From assembly GCA_038883855.1 (NCBI GenBank), contig JAVZLH010000001.1, positions 141,563 to 205,562 on the forward strand: a stretch of DNA of 64,000 bases, written 5' to 3'. Origin of the DNA: Candidatus Bathyarchaeia archaeon (GTDB taxonomy: Archaea > Thermoproteota > Bathyarchaeia > Bathyarchaeales > Bathycorpusculaceae). Of the stretch, positions 18,660 to 28,573 are shown one piece after another (within the stretch, counting starts at the first letter, position 1; every line of letters begins with the position of its first letter). The notes beneath the pieces were generated by a model. It saw only the letters and a program-made list of their open reading frames with translations. It searched no databases and had not been told where the DNA came from. The position numbers and the translations under genes are program-made.

Positions 18660-19483
18660 TTAAACACCTTCTTCCCAAAATGGTTTAGCAAGATTTCTTG
18701 TGCTTCATAAACGTCAATAACTTCTTGGGGCAAATTCAAATCTCGAAGTTGAATGAATATTTGAGTTATTTGGGGCGGAACGATAGATGCATTGTATAGT
18801 ATTTCGGTGTTTGTTAGAATCTTCTTCGCCTCTCCGTCGGCAACTATCATCCCATCTCGCATCAGTACAACTCTTGGGTTGCACTCTGCTACAAACTCAA
18901 CATCATGTGTGACAATTATTGTCGTTTTCCCCCGGGTTTTCAGCTGCATAATAAATTGTCTTAACTTCTCCTTTTGCTGGTAATCTTGCCCTATTGTCGG
19001 CTCATCCAATATCAGTATCTTTGGATCCCACGCCAAAACGGAGGCTAAAGCGACGCGTTTTCTTTCTCCGCCGCTAAGCATGAAGGGCGAAGTCTTTCTA
19101 TACTGCGTCAAATCTAAGAGGTTTAGCGCCCACGTTATCCTTCTCTCTATCACATCTTCTTTGAATCCAAAGTTTTTTAAGGCGAAGGCTATTTCATCCT
19201 CCACTGTTTCGCTAAATAACTGGTGGTCTGGGTTTTGGAAGACAAAGCCCACGTTTCTGGCTAGGGTTGCCACACTTACTTTTGTTGTTTCAACACCGTC
19301 AACAAAGACTCTGCCTTTCGTTGGCTTAAGAAGCCCGTTAAAATGTTTAACAAGCGTTGTTTTCCCTGCGCCGTTTTGTCCCATTATGGCAACAAATTCT
19401 CCATCATAGATTTTTAAGGACACTCCCTTTAATGCTTCTACGCCGTTTGGATATGTGAAATAGACATTTTCAACCTCAATCAT
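18656..19483 (-). CDS. ecfA: ECF transporter ATPase
   Basis: GQNGAGKTT, FQNPDHQLF, LSGGE and LDEPT. Confidence 0.92.
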   Translation of the reverse strand: MIEVENVYFTYPNGVEALKGVSLKIYDGEFVAIMGQNGAGKTTLVKHFNGLLKPTKGRVFVDGVETTKVSVATLARNVGFVFQNPDHQLFSETVEDEIAFALKNFGFKEDVIERRITWALNLLDLTQYRKTSPFMLSGGERKRVALASVLAWDPKILILDEPTIGQDYQQKEKLRQFIMQLKTRGKTTIIVTHDVEFVAECNPRVVLMRDGMIVADGEAKKILTNTEILYNASIVPPQITQIFIQLRDLNLPQEVIDVYEAQEILLNHFGKKVFK

Positions 19484-20330
19484 CAGATTTGAAAGCCTCC
19501 CGTATTAGCGCCGCCATTTCTTCGGAAGACAAGGGAATTTTATTGCCTAATCTTACCCCCTCTTTCCTTAACATTTGATAAAGAAGCGTTGCTTTTGGAA
19601 TTCCAACACCAATCAGTCTGGTTTCCTCTGAGCTTAAAATTTGACGTGGTTCACCATCTATGGCTACCTTGCCGTTGTCCATTACGATTATGTGATCCGC
19701 GTATTTGGCAGTTAAATCCAGCCTATGCTCAACAAGCACAACGGTTATCCCTAATTTCCTGTTGAGTTCATAAATCACGTCGAATATTTTCTTGGCAGTT
19801 AATGGGTCGAGAAAAGATGTCGGTTCGTCAAGAACCATCACCTCTGGCTGCATAGCTAAAACTGAAGCAATTGCAACACGTTGTTGCTGTCCACCTGAAA
19901 GTTCGTATGGAGCTCTTTCCCTCAAATCATATATGCCCGTCAATTCCGTCGCCCAATCCACTCTCTTGCGAATCTCTTCTCTGGGAAATCCTAGGTTTTC
20001 AAGCCCGAAAGCCACATCCTTCTCGACGGACAGGGCGAAAAGCTGGTTTTCAGGGTTTTGGAAAACAAGGCCCACATGCTTTGCCAGTTCGTAGATTGGG
20101 TGTTTGGTGACGTCAAGTCCAGCGACTGTTATTTGACCTTTTAACTCGCCTTGGTAAAAGTGGGGAATCAACCCATTTAGGCATCGGCAGAGAGTTGTTT
20201 TTCCACATCCGCTTGGTCCAGTGATTAGGGTGAATTCGCCTTTCTCTATTTTTATGGAGACATCTACTATTGATGGTTTTGTTGCGTTTGGATAGGTGTA
20301 TGTTAGGTTTTTTGCTTCAATTACGGCCAT
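19476..20330 (-). CDS. ecfA: ECF transporter ATPase
   Basis: GPSGCGKTT, FQNPENQL, LSGGQ and LDEPT. Confidence 0.92.
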   Translation of the reverse strand: MAVIEAKNLTYTYPNATKPSIVDVSIKIEKGEFTLITGPSGCGKTTLCRCLNGLIPHFYQGELKGQITVAGLDVTKHPIYELAKHVGLVFQNPENQLFALSVEKDVAFGLENLGFPREEIRKRVDWATELTGIYDLRERAPYELSGGQQQRVAIASVLAMQPEVMVLDEPTSFLDPLTAKKIFDVIYELNRKLGITVVLVEHRLDLTAKYADHIIVMDNGKVAIDGEPRQILSSEETRLIGVGIPKATLLYQMLRKEGVRLGNKIPLSSEEMAALIREAFKSDD

Positions 20331-20389
20331 GCTTATGATGCCTGCCCAGTTTTAAGCGGAGGTAATCTCTCTCATTTAAGAGTAGCTAC

Positions 20390-21385
20390 TTAATTGCGGC
20401 TAGAAAGCTTTTCTTTAAAAAGCCTTAAACAACGTTTAAGCCCAGCTTCAACGTCGCCAACACCATTAACTCCAGCGGCTGTTGAATGTCCACCGCCCAT
20501 ACCGCGTAGATATTCGCCTAAAGGTTTGGCTATATCTTTGCCCAAATGTATTCCAGTTGTCTCATGAAATTCTCGTGTGCAACGTAGGCTAATCTCTATG
20601 TTTTCGTTTTTTTGCCCAGCTACTACTGCAACGTGAGCGCCTAAATCCACTATGGCTCTAGCCGCCGAAGCTTGAAAGGCGCTAACATGAGAAAAGGCAA
20701 GTATCCATTCTCCAATCTTGAAAATTTTTGCTCTTCTACAGGCCTTTAACCTTGCCACCCGCTCAGAAAAGTCCATGGGTAACGAAAGCAGATATAAGGC
20801 TTCTTGCGCGTTTACTCCGACATCGATGAGTTCTGCAACGGCTTTCAGCGTGGATGAGTTGGCTAAAACAAAATGGCGCGTGTCAAAGGCTATGCCCAAA
20901 AACAACGCTTTCGCCTCTTTTTCTGCAGGCTTTACGCCAGCTTGTTTAAAGAAGTTGTAAATAATTTCGCAGGTCGAGGATGACTCTTCGTTTGTTATGC
21001 AGATTTTTGCCATTTTTTCCGTTTCAGGATGGGCTGCGTGGTGGTCTATAACAATTATCGGAGCCTTTGCGGTTTTCACTTTTTCAGCAAGATTATTCAA
21101 CTGTTGAACAGTGTTTGTGTCAAGCAAAACTATGGCGTTCGCATTCTCCACATTTGGCTGAGTTTTCAACTCCATTGGCAAATGTTTCAAAAGGTGTTTT
21201 GACAAGCGACTTACTCCCTGTGCCGCTCCAATTTCAACCTCCATTTTCGGTCTTAAACTTTTAAGCAAGTTCGCAAAGGCATATGCTGAACAGATGGCGT
21301 CTGGATCTGCGTTGTGGTGGCATAGCAAAACAACTAGTTTGGCATCTAATCCTTCAAGAAGTTTGGTTACTTCTGCGAATGACAT
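20390..21385 (-). CDS. DHH family phosphoesterase
   Basis: HHNADPDA, IDHH and GGGHSTAAG motifs. Confidence 0.9.
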   Translation of the reverse strand: MSFAEVTKLLEGLDAKLVVLLCHHNADPDAICSAYAFANLLKSLRPKMEVEIGAAQGVSRLSKHLLKHLPMELKTQPNVENANAIVLLDTNTVQQLNNLAEKVKTAKAPIIVIDHHAAHPETEKMAKICITNEESSSTCEIIYNFFKQAGVKPAEKEAKALFLGIAFDTRHFVLANSSTLKAVAELIDVGVNAQEALYLLSLPMDFSERVARLKACRRAKIFKIGEWILAFSHVSAFQASAARAIVDLGAHVAVVAGQKNENIEISLRCTREFHETTGIHLGKDIAKPLGEYLRGMGGGHSTAAGVNGVGDVEAGLKRCLRLFKEKLSSRN

Positions 21386-21678
21386 GGTAGATTCCTCAAA
21401 TATTTTTCGGCAGATGCGAAGGCTTCCTTTACTGCTTCGTTAACGAGTTTTTGCACGTCAAAGTCTTTCATTAAGGGTGATAAAGTAACATCTACATCGA
21501 TGGTTAACGTCATGGGCTTTGTGCCTTCAGCCTCAACGCTTATGTTCAGCGCTTCTATCCTCTTTAAGGAAACTTTCGACGTTACGTATTTCCGTGCAGC
21601 TTCCTCTGCAATTAAACACAATTCCTCAATTTGCTCGCTTGTCAACTCTGGTAGGCGCAGTTCCTCCACATTTTTCAC
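21367..21678 (-). CDS. DUF3194-like protein
   Basis: Small acidic protein in the usual position between prefoldin beta and the DHH gene. Confidence 0.65.
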   Translation of the reverse strand: MKNVEELRLPELTSEQIEELCLIAEEAARKYVTSKVSLKRIEALNISVEAEGTKPMTLTIDVDVTLSPLMKDFDVQKLVNEAVKEAFASAEKYLRNLPCHSQK

Positions 21679-21695
21679 CTAAGCAGATTTGGCAG

Positions 21696-22061
21696 TTAAG
21701 GCGCGGATAATGGGCGTAAGTCTTCTTGCAGTTTGGCTTGTAACTCCTTCAATTGAGTTCGCAGTCTCTCTTCCTGTTTTCCTAAAACTGTTGCCCTAGT
21801 GCTTAGAAGTTCCTTCCGCTCGCTTAACTCCGCGGTTATTTTCGCCTTTTCAGTTTTCACCAAAAGCGTGCCAATAGCCTTGTAAATTACCGCGTCATCT
21901 CCTATTTTTTGCAGCTCGTTTAAGGCTTGCTCACTTTCCGTCAACTCAATTTCCACTTGTTGCTTTTGAGCCAGAACTGACTGAAGAGTCTGTTGAAGCT
22001 GCTGAAGCCTTAGTAGACGTTCTTGAACTTGAGGTGGAAGTTTCGAAAGTTCCTCACTCAC
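21696..22061 (-). CDS. pfdB: Prefoldin beta subunit
   Basis: LPPQVQ, coiled coils and IYKAIGTLLV hairpin. Confidence 0.93.
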   Translation of the reverse strand: MSEELSKLPPQVQERLLRLQQLQQTLQSVLAQKQQVEIELTESEQALNELQKIGDDAVIYKAIGTLLVKTEKAKITAELSERKELLSTRATVLGKQEERLRTQLKELQAKLQEDLRPLSAP

Positions 22062-22171
22062 TTACATACACTCCTGTTCTGCACAGCAATAGGCATAGCA
22101 GTTAATTAAGGGTTTTCTCAAAAACGTCGAAAACAAAAGGATTAATAAGCTTGCCACTAGATAAAGCATGA

Positions 22172-22423
22172 TCATTGCAGTTCCAGAACCTCGATAACGT
22201 TCATAATTGAGTTCATCCACCTTAAATAAGCATTTAACGTAGCACGTAGAGCCACGGTGTCTTCTGCTTCCACCGTCAAAACCAGAAAGTTCTCTCTTTT
22301 TTTCATACTTGTCTTTGAACGGGCGGTGGCTGGCTTTTTAACCTCAGGCTCCAAAGCCTTAGCGAATATTTCTAGATGCTTTCTTGAGGGAAGCTTTAAC
22401 TTGACAACAGCCTTCGCCTTCAA
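22172..22423 (-). CDS. pcc1: KEOPS complex subunit Pcc1
   Basis: ALEPE...LRATLNAYLRW motif. Confidence 0.9.
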   Translation of the reverse strand: MKAKAVVKLKLPSRKHLEIFAKALEPEVKKPATARSKTSMKKRENFLVLTVEAEDTVALRATLNAYLRWMNSIMNVIEVLELQ

Positions 22424-22429
22424 TGGATT

Positions 22430-22999
22430 CTAACTCCAAATTGCATAGGATACTATGATTTGTGGGCCAATCTCTACCAATTCTGGCAGAAGTATAAAAG
22501 TGATGACTATTTCTTTTTGCGGATTAATTTTAATTTGCATTGCTGCATCATATTTTCTATTAATTGCTTCTTTTAACGAGAAAACTGGTACTGCAAAAAA
22601 ATCAGATAAAGCTTTTTCAAGTTTCTTAGCGATAGAATTTTCTTGTGGTGAGGCTGCAACTACTATTGACTTTATCCTCCTCCCCCTCATTATTTCTCCT
22701 GCCAATTTTCTTCGAAATTTTGCGTGTCGCACGTAAATGGTTGGTGGAACTTTTTCCAATCCCTCCGGTTTTACATTGAAAAACTGCAGTTTTCCAAGTC
22801 CGAATTTCCATCTTTCAATAATAATCGCTTTTTCAGCGCCCAACTCTACGGATTTTTCCGCTATTCCTTCTAGGCTTAGTTTGCCCCGGTTTATACGTAT
22901 AGCGAAGGGTATATTGTAGCTTATCTCTCTGCAGAGAGTCCTCATGGTTTTAGTCGGTCTTCTCGATGTTGTTAAAAGAATACGCTGTTTATCAGCCAA
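22430..22999 (-). CDS. Brix-domain (Imp4-like) ribosome biogenesis protein
   Basis: ILLTTSRRPT, INRGKLSL and EIGP motifs. Confidence 0.88.
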   Translation of the reverse strand: MADKQRILLTTSRRPTKTMRTLCREISYNIPFAIRINRGKLSLEGIAEKSVELGAEKAIIIERWKFGLGKLQFFNVKPEGLEKVPPTIYVRHAKFRRKLAGEIMRGRRIKSIVVAASPQENSIAKKLEKALSDFFAVPVFSLKEAINRKYDAAMQIKINPQKEIVITFILLPELVEIGPQIIVSYAIWS

Positions 23000-23022
23000 T
23001 CTAAAATCACTTGGGTTGGAAA

Positions 23023-23319
23023 CTATTCTTCTTCCTCAACAGCCTTCACTGCCTCTTCAACTGGCGCACCCTTAGCCACTCGCTTTGCAACCACTCCAAG
23101 CTTCGTACTCGGCGTATAAGCTCCGCCTGCAAACGTGAAGCCACATTTTCTACATTTCCAAACTCCCACGCTAACCCTCTTAACTTGTGGAAAACCACAC
23201 TGGGGGCATGTATGCGGCTTCTTCATCTCCGTAACCACTTTTATGTAACGTTTCCTAACGGTTGCGCCGTAACGGGGTCCAAGCCCGCGGGTTGGTCCAA
23301 CCTTTTTTGTTCTTCCCAA
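23023..23319 (-). CDS. rpl37ae: 50S ribosomal protein eL43 (L37ae)
   Basis: GPRYGATVR, CPQC...CRKC and FAGGAYTP. Confidence 0.95.
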   Translation of the reverse strand: MGRTKKVGPTRGLGPRYGATVRKRYIKVVTEMKKPHTCPQCGFPQVKRVSVGVWKCRKCGFTFAGGAYTPSTKLGVVAKRVAKGAPVEEAVKAVEEEE

Positions 23320-23326
23320 AGCAAAC

Positions 23327-24118
23327 TCACCATCCTAATTTTTTGCGGATTTCGTTAGCCTTTTCCCTACCTATCATAACAGCCTCAAGCACTTGTTTCT
23401 GTGTGAAGTATCCGCTTCCGCCTTTCTGCACGGCGCATATGTTGCCGTCATCGTCAAAGGCTATGCTGAGCCTTGCATCCATCACTTGCTCCTCATCCAG
23501 CCACGGATCTACAACGAGCTCTTCATTTATTTTGGCAAAGGTAATCGTCACCGGATGTCTTCTGATTGGAATTTGAGTGTAACCCGGTTTTATTTTAATT
23601 TCATCTTTTTCAACTTCATATTTTGGCATTTTTGTATTCAGTAAAGCTGCCATGGCTGCAAGGGCTGATGCATCTATTAGATTTCCGTCGTGGTTCAACA
23701 CATAGACATCCACGAAGATTACAAAGACTTTCTTTCCGGGCTCAATGCATAACTTCCCAACATCAATGGCCTTTGATTCCCTGATTCCACGGTCAACAAT
23801 TCTGGCAAGTTCTATAGAGTTTTCGTCTGGGGGTCCAGGTTCAAAAGTTGGAGAAGCCAATGGTACTAGTTCTGCGTTGACTGTCAGGACACCTTCGTCT
23901 GGTGTGTCTGAGAATGGTTCGCCAATTTCGATTTTTGTTCCAACCATGACTTCTGTTTTTCCAAGGCAGACCCTTGCTGAACCTTCTGCACGCTCGATTA
24001 TCCCTTGTTCAACTTTTATTTCGCGATAGTCTGTTAAGCCTCTCCCGTCTAAGCGTTTTCCTTTTGCAATTAACTGGGCTATCTGCCTCTGTTTCACGCG
24101 GGTAATCACTGTTGACAT
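23327..24118 (-). CDS. rrp42: Exosome subunit Rrp42
   Basis: RLDGR, FEPGPPDE and DGNLIDA. Confidence 0.95.
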   Translation of the reverse strand: MSTVITRVKQRQIAQLIAKGKRLDGRGLTDYREIKVEQGIIERAEGSARVCLGKTEVMVGTKIEIGEPFSDTPDEGVLTVNAELVPLASPTFEPGPPDENSIELARIVDRGIRESKAIDVGKLCIEPGKKVFVIFVDVYVLNHDGNLIDASALAAMAALLNTKMPKYEVEKDEIKIKPGYTQIPIRRHPVTITFAKINEELVVDPWLDEEQVMDARLSIAFDDDGNICAVQKGGSGYFTQKQVLEAVMIGREKANEIRKKLGW

Positions 24119-24852
24119 TACTCTTCAACCTCCTTAACTGATACGTACTTAGCCCTTAAGGCTTCCTTCTGCATAATGTAGATTTTTTTGCATCCTTCGA
24201 TGGCTAGATTTACAGCTTTTTCAAACTCTTCTGGCGTCAGTATTCCATCCATCTGTAATAGTGTTATAACGTTTAGGTTTGGCATTAAAGCCACAGGCAC
24301 ATCCGCCGTTCCAATTTTATCCTCTTCATCCATCAGATCCAACACTATTGTGTCATCAACTTTTCCAGCTGCGCATGCCACAACTAAATCTCGCATTGGA
24401 ACACCTGCGTCGGCCAGTGCTAAGGATGCGGCGGTTATGCTTGCGCACCTTGTTCCTCCGTCAGCTTGCAGAACCTCTATGAAAACATCTATTGCCGTGC
24501 GCGGGTAATATTCCAAGAAAATTGATGGTTCGATAGCTTCTCTGATAACCTTTGAAAGCTCTATTTCTCTCCTCGAGGGTGCTGGCGATTTGCGTTCTTG
24601 AACGGAGAATGGCGCCATGTGATAGCGACATCTTAGAACTGTCCTATCTGGAAGCGCCATGTGTTTAGGGTGTAGCTCCCTTGGACCGTATACTGCGGCT
24701 AAAATCTTGTTTTTTCCCTGTTCAATATATGCTGAACCATCAGCGTTTGATAAAGCGCCAACTTCAATTTTTATAGGTCTTAGCTCATCTGGTTTTCTGC
24801 CATCTAACCTTAAACCCTTTTTATCAATTAACTTTTCAATTTTTTGGCTCAT
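24118..24852 (-). CDS. rrp41: Exosome subunit Rrp41
   Basis: [18 protein letters not shown] and QADGGTR. Confidence 0.95.
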   Translation of the reverse strand: MSQKIEKLIDKKGLRLDGRKPDELRPIKIEVGALSNADGSAYIEQGKNKILAAVYGPRELHPKHMALPDRTVLRCRYHMAPFSVQERKSPAPSRREIELSKVIREAIEPSIFLEYYPRTAIDVFIEVLQADGGTRCASITAASLALADAGVPMRDLVVACAAGKVDDTIVLDLMDEEDKIGTADVPVALMPNLNVITLLQMDGILTPEEFEKAVNLAIEGCKKIYIMQKEALRAKYVSVKEVEE

Positions 24853-25555
24853 TTCTCATTCCCTCCCTTTTTGCTTTTTCTTCCCTTAACATTTGGACTA
24901 TGCGGTCTGTTAAGCCGCTTGTATGAGATTCTTCCTCAATCTTGCGAATTGCCATAATCGCTAACTGTTCATCTTCAAGATTCTTTCCAGTAACCAATAT
25001 AATTCCATTAAGTCCCAAAATTATTTGGCATCCGGTCTCCTGTTTTATCATGGATATCATGGAGCCCTTTCTGCCTATAACTCTGGGAATCTTTGTCGGA
25101 GTTACCTTGACTATTTCTCCGCGGGTTATTTTCCCCAGTCCAGGCTCTCCAACAGTCAATTGAGGGTCGTGTGTCCTGTCATAGGCAACTATTTTCGCCA
25201 CTATCAAATCTCCCACATCAAGAACCTGCGACAACTCATCCTTTTGCGGTCTGAAGGGTCTTCCTAAAACATCTGAAGCCCTTAAAAGGGCTGAATACGG
25301 CGAATTTATGTCCACAACCCAACCGTTAAAGCCTACTTCCACAACTGTTCCTATAACAGTGTCTCCGACTCTTGGGATGTAAAAAGCCCTTAAGGCAACC
25401 ACGTTGACTTTTTTGTCTTCATAATCAACTAGCCCAATCCGTGAGGCATATATCTTGTTGTCTTCCTTGTAAGTGTTCTCTCCCGCTATGTAATCGCCTT
25501 CGGCAATTAAATCTCCAGGGGTTACAAGCTGTCTTCTTTCAAAAAATGTCGGCAA
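24836..25555 (-). CDS. rrp4: Exosome RNA-binding subunit Rrp4
   Basis: VTPGD, S1 domain and KH motif [10 protein letters not shown]; likely TTG start at 25555. Confidence 0.93.
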   Translation of the reverse strand: MPTFFERRQLVTPGDLIAEGDYIAGENTYKEDNKIYASRIGLVDYEDKKVNVVALRAFYIPRVGDTVIGTVVEVGFNGWVVDINSPYSALLRASDVLGRPFRPQKDELSQVLDVGDLIVAKIVAYDRTHDPQLTVGEPGLGKITRGEIVKVTPTKIPRVIGRKGSMISMIKQETGCQIILGLNGIILVTGKNLEDEQLAIMAIRKIEEESHTSGLTDRIVQMLREEKAKREGMRNEPKN

Positions 25556-25579
25556 ATTTATCACACACCATAACAATTA

Positions 25580-26269
25580 TTATGCGATTATCTTTGCTTC
25601 ACCGCTTCCTTTGGTTACTTCCCCAAGTTTTTCAAGGAATGGTCCATATAAACCTGCGGGCATTTCAAGAACTCCATACCATGAACCGTCCGCACGCCAC
25701 TCTTCCCGTTTAATTGTCCCAAAAGCCTTTATTGTGCCGTAGGCTCTCGCTGAATACTCGGCTGGTATACGAACTCCTACAGATACTTGTTCTATTTTTA
25801 AGGGCAGAATTGAACGTAACAGTTTGATTATTTCTCTTGCCTGCTCCTCCACTGGCTTAAATGGGTCTATTGGATAGTGTATCTGTTCCATGGCATTTTC
25901 TATTCTCAGCGGCGGATGTGGAAGGTTTGTTTTGGGATCAACCGCCTGCCGCGATATGAAGTCTATTATCTGTTTTCTTTTATCCTCAATCATTTTTCTT
26001 CGCTGCTCTGTTGTTAACTGAATTGTGCCTTTTTTGAGTATTATCTCCGCTATTTTAAGTGGGTCTGTTGTTCCAAAGGCTTTTTGCAAGTTTCCTTCCG
26101 CGACTTTTGTGCCTTTGTTTGCGTCTGAAAAAATTGTTTCGGTTACCAAAACTTCCGTTATTGATGAAATTTTTCCCATGCGGTAGTCTAGTGCCTTTTG
26201 AGGCTTTACGAGAACTTCGAAATGCTCATTATCCTTTATCATGCGTGCAACTGTGTATTTTTCACTCAT
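25580..26269 (-). CDS. Ribosome maturation factor SBDS/Sdo1
   Basis: HFEVLV, AFGTTD and PHPPLRIENAM. Confidence 0.95.
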   Translation of the reverse strand: MSEKYTVARMIKDNEHFEVLVKPQKALDYRMGKISSITEVLVTETIFSDANKGTKVAEGNLQKAFGTTDPLKIAEIILKKGTIQLTTEQRRKMIEDKRKQIIDFISRQAVDPKTNLPHPPLRIENAMEQIHYPIDPFKPVEEQAREIIKLLRSILPLKIEQVSVGVRIPAEYSARAYGTIKAFGTIKREEWRADGSWYGVLEMPAGLYGPFLEKLGEVTKGSGEAKIIA

Positions 26270-26276
26270 CAGCCTT

Positions 26277-27005
26277 TCACTTGCCAGAACCTAACGCTTT
26301 TACATAGCCCTCAATTTTTTCATCGCTTAACATTTCCATTTTCTTTGTTGCTGATGGGATGACTGCAATCTTTATTCTGATGGGCAGTTGCCTTGCCTCT
26401 AAAGCCTTTATCAAGCATTTTACAGCAAGTTTTATGGCTTCTTCAAGTTTCATGTCTTCGCGGTACTCGTCCTTCAAAACTGAGAGTACGGTTTCTCTTC
26501 CAGCGCCCACGGCTGTTGCTTTATACCCTCTATAAGTTCCGCTTGGGTGAGTGTAAAAAACCCTGTTTCCAGTCTTGTCAACTCCGCCAAAAATTATTGA
26601 AACTCCGAAGGGTCTCACGCCCGCATGCTGAGTGTAAAGCTGTTTGATATCGCATGTTCTTTTTGTTACAACTTCCACGTCTATTGGTTCGTCATATGTT
26701 AATCTGTTGCTTTGAGCGTAAATCCGCGCTTGGTCTATCAAAATTCTTGCGTCGGAGCTTAAACCAACTATCGCCGCTCCAATATGCTCGTCAATCTTGA
26801 AAATTTTCCAGGAGTATTCTGCCTCCTCTAGAGGCTCAATATTTTCCTCAGCTCCCAAAACAACTCCTTCAGAGCAACGCATCCCCAAGATTGTTGCTCC
26901 ACGGTTAACAAGCTCCATTGCGTATTCTACTTGGAAGAGTCGCCCATCTGGCGAGAAAACGGTTATAGCTCGGTCATATGCTCCTGGCGCTGCAAATACA
27001 GACAT
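26277..27005 (-). CDS. psmA: Proteasome alpha subunit
   Basis: YDRAITVFSPDGRLFQVEYA. Confidence 0.97.
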   Translation of the reverse strand: MSVFAAPGAYDRAITVFSPDGRLFQVEYAMELVNRGATILGMRCSEGVVLGAEENIEPLEEAEYSWKIFKIDEHIGAAIVGLSSDARILIDQARIYAQSNRLTYDEPIDVEVVTKRTCDIKQLYTQHAGVRPFGVSIIFGGVDKTGNRVFYTHPSGTYRGYKATAVGAGRETVLSVLKDEYREDMKLEEAIKLAVKCLIKALEARQLPIRIKIAVIPSATKKMEMLSDEKIEGYVKALGSGK

Positions 27006-27236
27006 TAACTACCAACCTCCACTATGCCTTATCCACTTGCAGACTTTCATATGACAACTAAACTAAAAACCTTTTCCTTAAATCTCACTTTTAGTTTAGT
27101 CTTCTACTTTCGTTTTCGGAAGATTTTGTCTTCGTTGTTGTATTCACCATTGACATCTTCAAAGCTCCAAAGCTATGTCGATGCGTCCACAAGAGCTAAA
27201 AGGATAATAGTAGATGATTTACGAAGAGGAAATTTG

Positions 27237-27931
27237 ATGAAGTATGAAATAAAATACAAGCCGTCTTATTCTATGCTTGTGGTAAACCTGGAGCCAAACG
27301 AGAGTTTAGTTGCTGAGTCGGGTGCAATGACATACATGGACCCGAATATTGAAGTTCACACGAGAAAAAGGGAAACAAGTCTCTTAGGCACCTTAGGTCT
27401 AGCGATTTTTGGACGCCAATCCTTTTGGGTAAACGAATACACTGCGAGAAACGGCGCTGGAGAAGTTGCATTCGTTTCTGCACCAATAGGTGACATTGAA
27501 AAACTGGAAATCAAGCCAAATCACGGCTATGTCATACAGAAAGCCGCTTACGTAGCCTCCACAGATAACGTGGATTTAGACGTTAAATGGGAAGGTTTCA
27601 CAAGAGGCTTGTTCGGACAAGGCTTGTTCATGATAAAGGTCACAGGCGACGGAATGCTGTTCATAAACACTTTGGAGCCATAGACAAACACATCTTACAG
27701 CCTGGTCAATCAATAATTGTTGACAACTTTCACCTGGTGGCTTTCAGTAGCACATACAACTACAAAGTCACAAAATTCGGCGGATTAAAAGAAACAATTC
27801 TCGGCGGAGAAGGCTTGGTGGTGAATATCGAGGGTCCGGGGGAAGTTTACATTCAGACGAAAAATCTGGGAGAGTTTGTCGAGTGGCTTTGGACTTTGAT
27901 TGAGCCTCGAGTGAGAGCGAGGGCACGCTAA
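27237..27931 (+). pseudogene. AIM24/TIGR00266 family protein, split by a 1-nt deletion in the T-run at 27671-27673 (likely sequencing error)
   Basis: AESGAM and GQGLF in the first frame; FGAI...IVDNFHLVAF...GGEGLV...GPGEVYIQT in the second. Confidence 0.85.
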
Positions 27932-27950
27932 AATAAGGTATGCATGAAGG

Positions 27951-28366
27951 TTGAATCTGAATAGAGAATTCATAAATGCCATATTTGCTGAGATTAGAAA
28001 ATTTCGCTTGTGCAGTCCAAGACGGATGATTTTCTGGCTGAACTCGAAGCATATGATATTGAAGAGCGCTATCCAAGAAGCTTTGAATTATACGAGGAAT
28101 ACAGCCATAGACCTATCGCGGATACGATTAGAGTAAGCAGAGAAAACTTTGGAAAAGCCACATCTACTGCCAAAAGACAATTACTTGATGAGGTTGAAAG
28201 ATAGGTCAAAAGCTTTTGTAGTTGGTTGGAAGAAACCAAAAATCTTGGCGCTACGATAGCTTATTACATTGCAGTTAGTCTCAAAGGCTTGCTTTTCGGA
28301 ATTCCAGCAGGCGTGCAAATAGCACAGTTGTTTTGCGCCATACTGGATAAACAAGTTAAAGAGTAA
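27951..28366 (+). pseudogene. Disrupted hypothetical gene (frameshift near 28005, in-frame TAG at 28202)
   Basis: MNLNREFINAIFAEIRK / VQSKTDDF...DEVER*VKSFCSWLEE...LDKQVKE*; the frame stays open after the TAG. Confidence 0.55.
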
Positions 28367-28573
28367 CACATGCCAATTTCTGTTAGGAAAAGTTTTGTAG
28401 TGCGAAAACCGAGAAAAATGATCTTTTGGGCTTTTCTGTGATTTTGGCTTTTAATTTTATTTATGGTTTAAAGTTAGTTGGAATTATGATGGATTGTTTA
28501 GACTGGTTGTATGGAATTTTTTTGCGTAAGATATTTTAATTATGCTATCGTAATAAATAAGATACTGTAGGGA

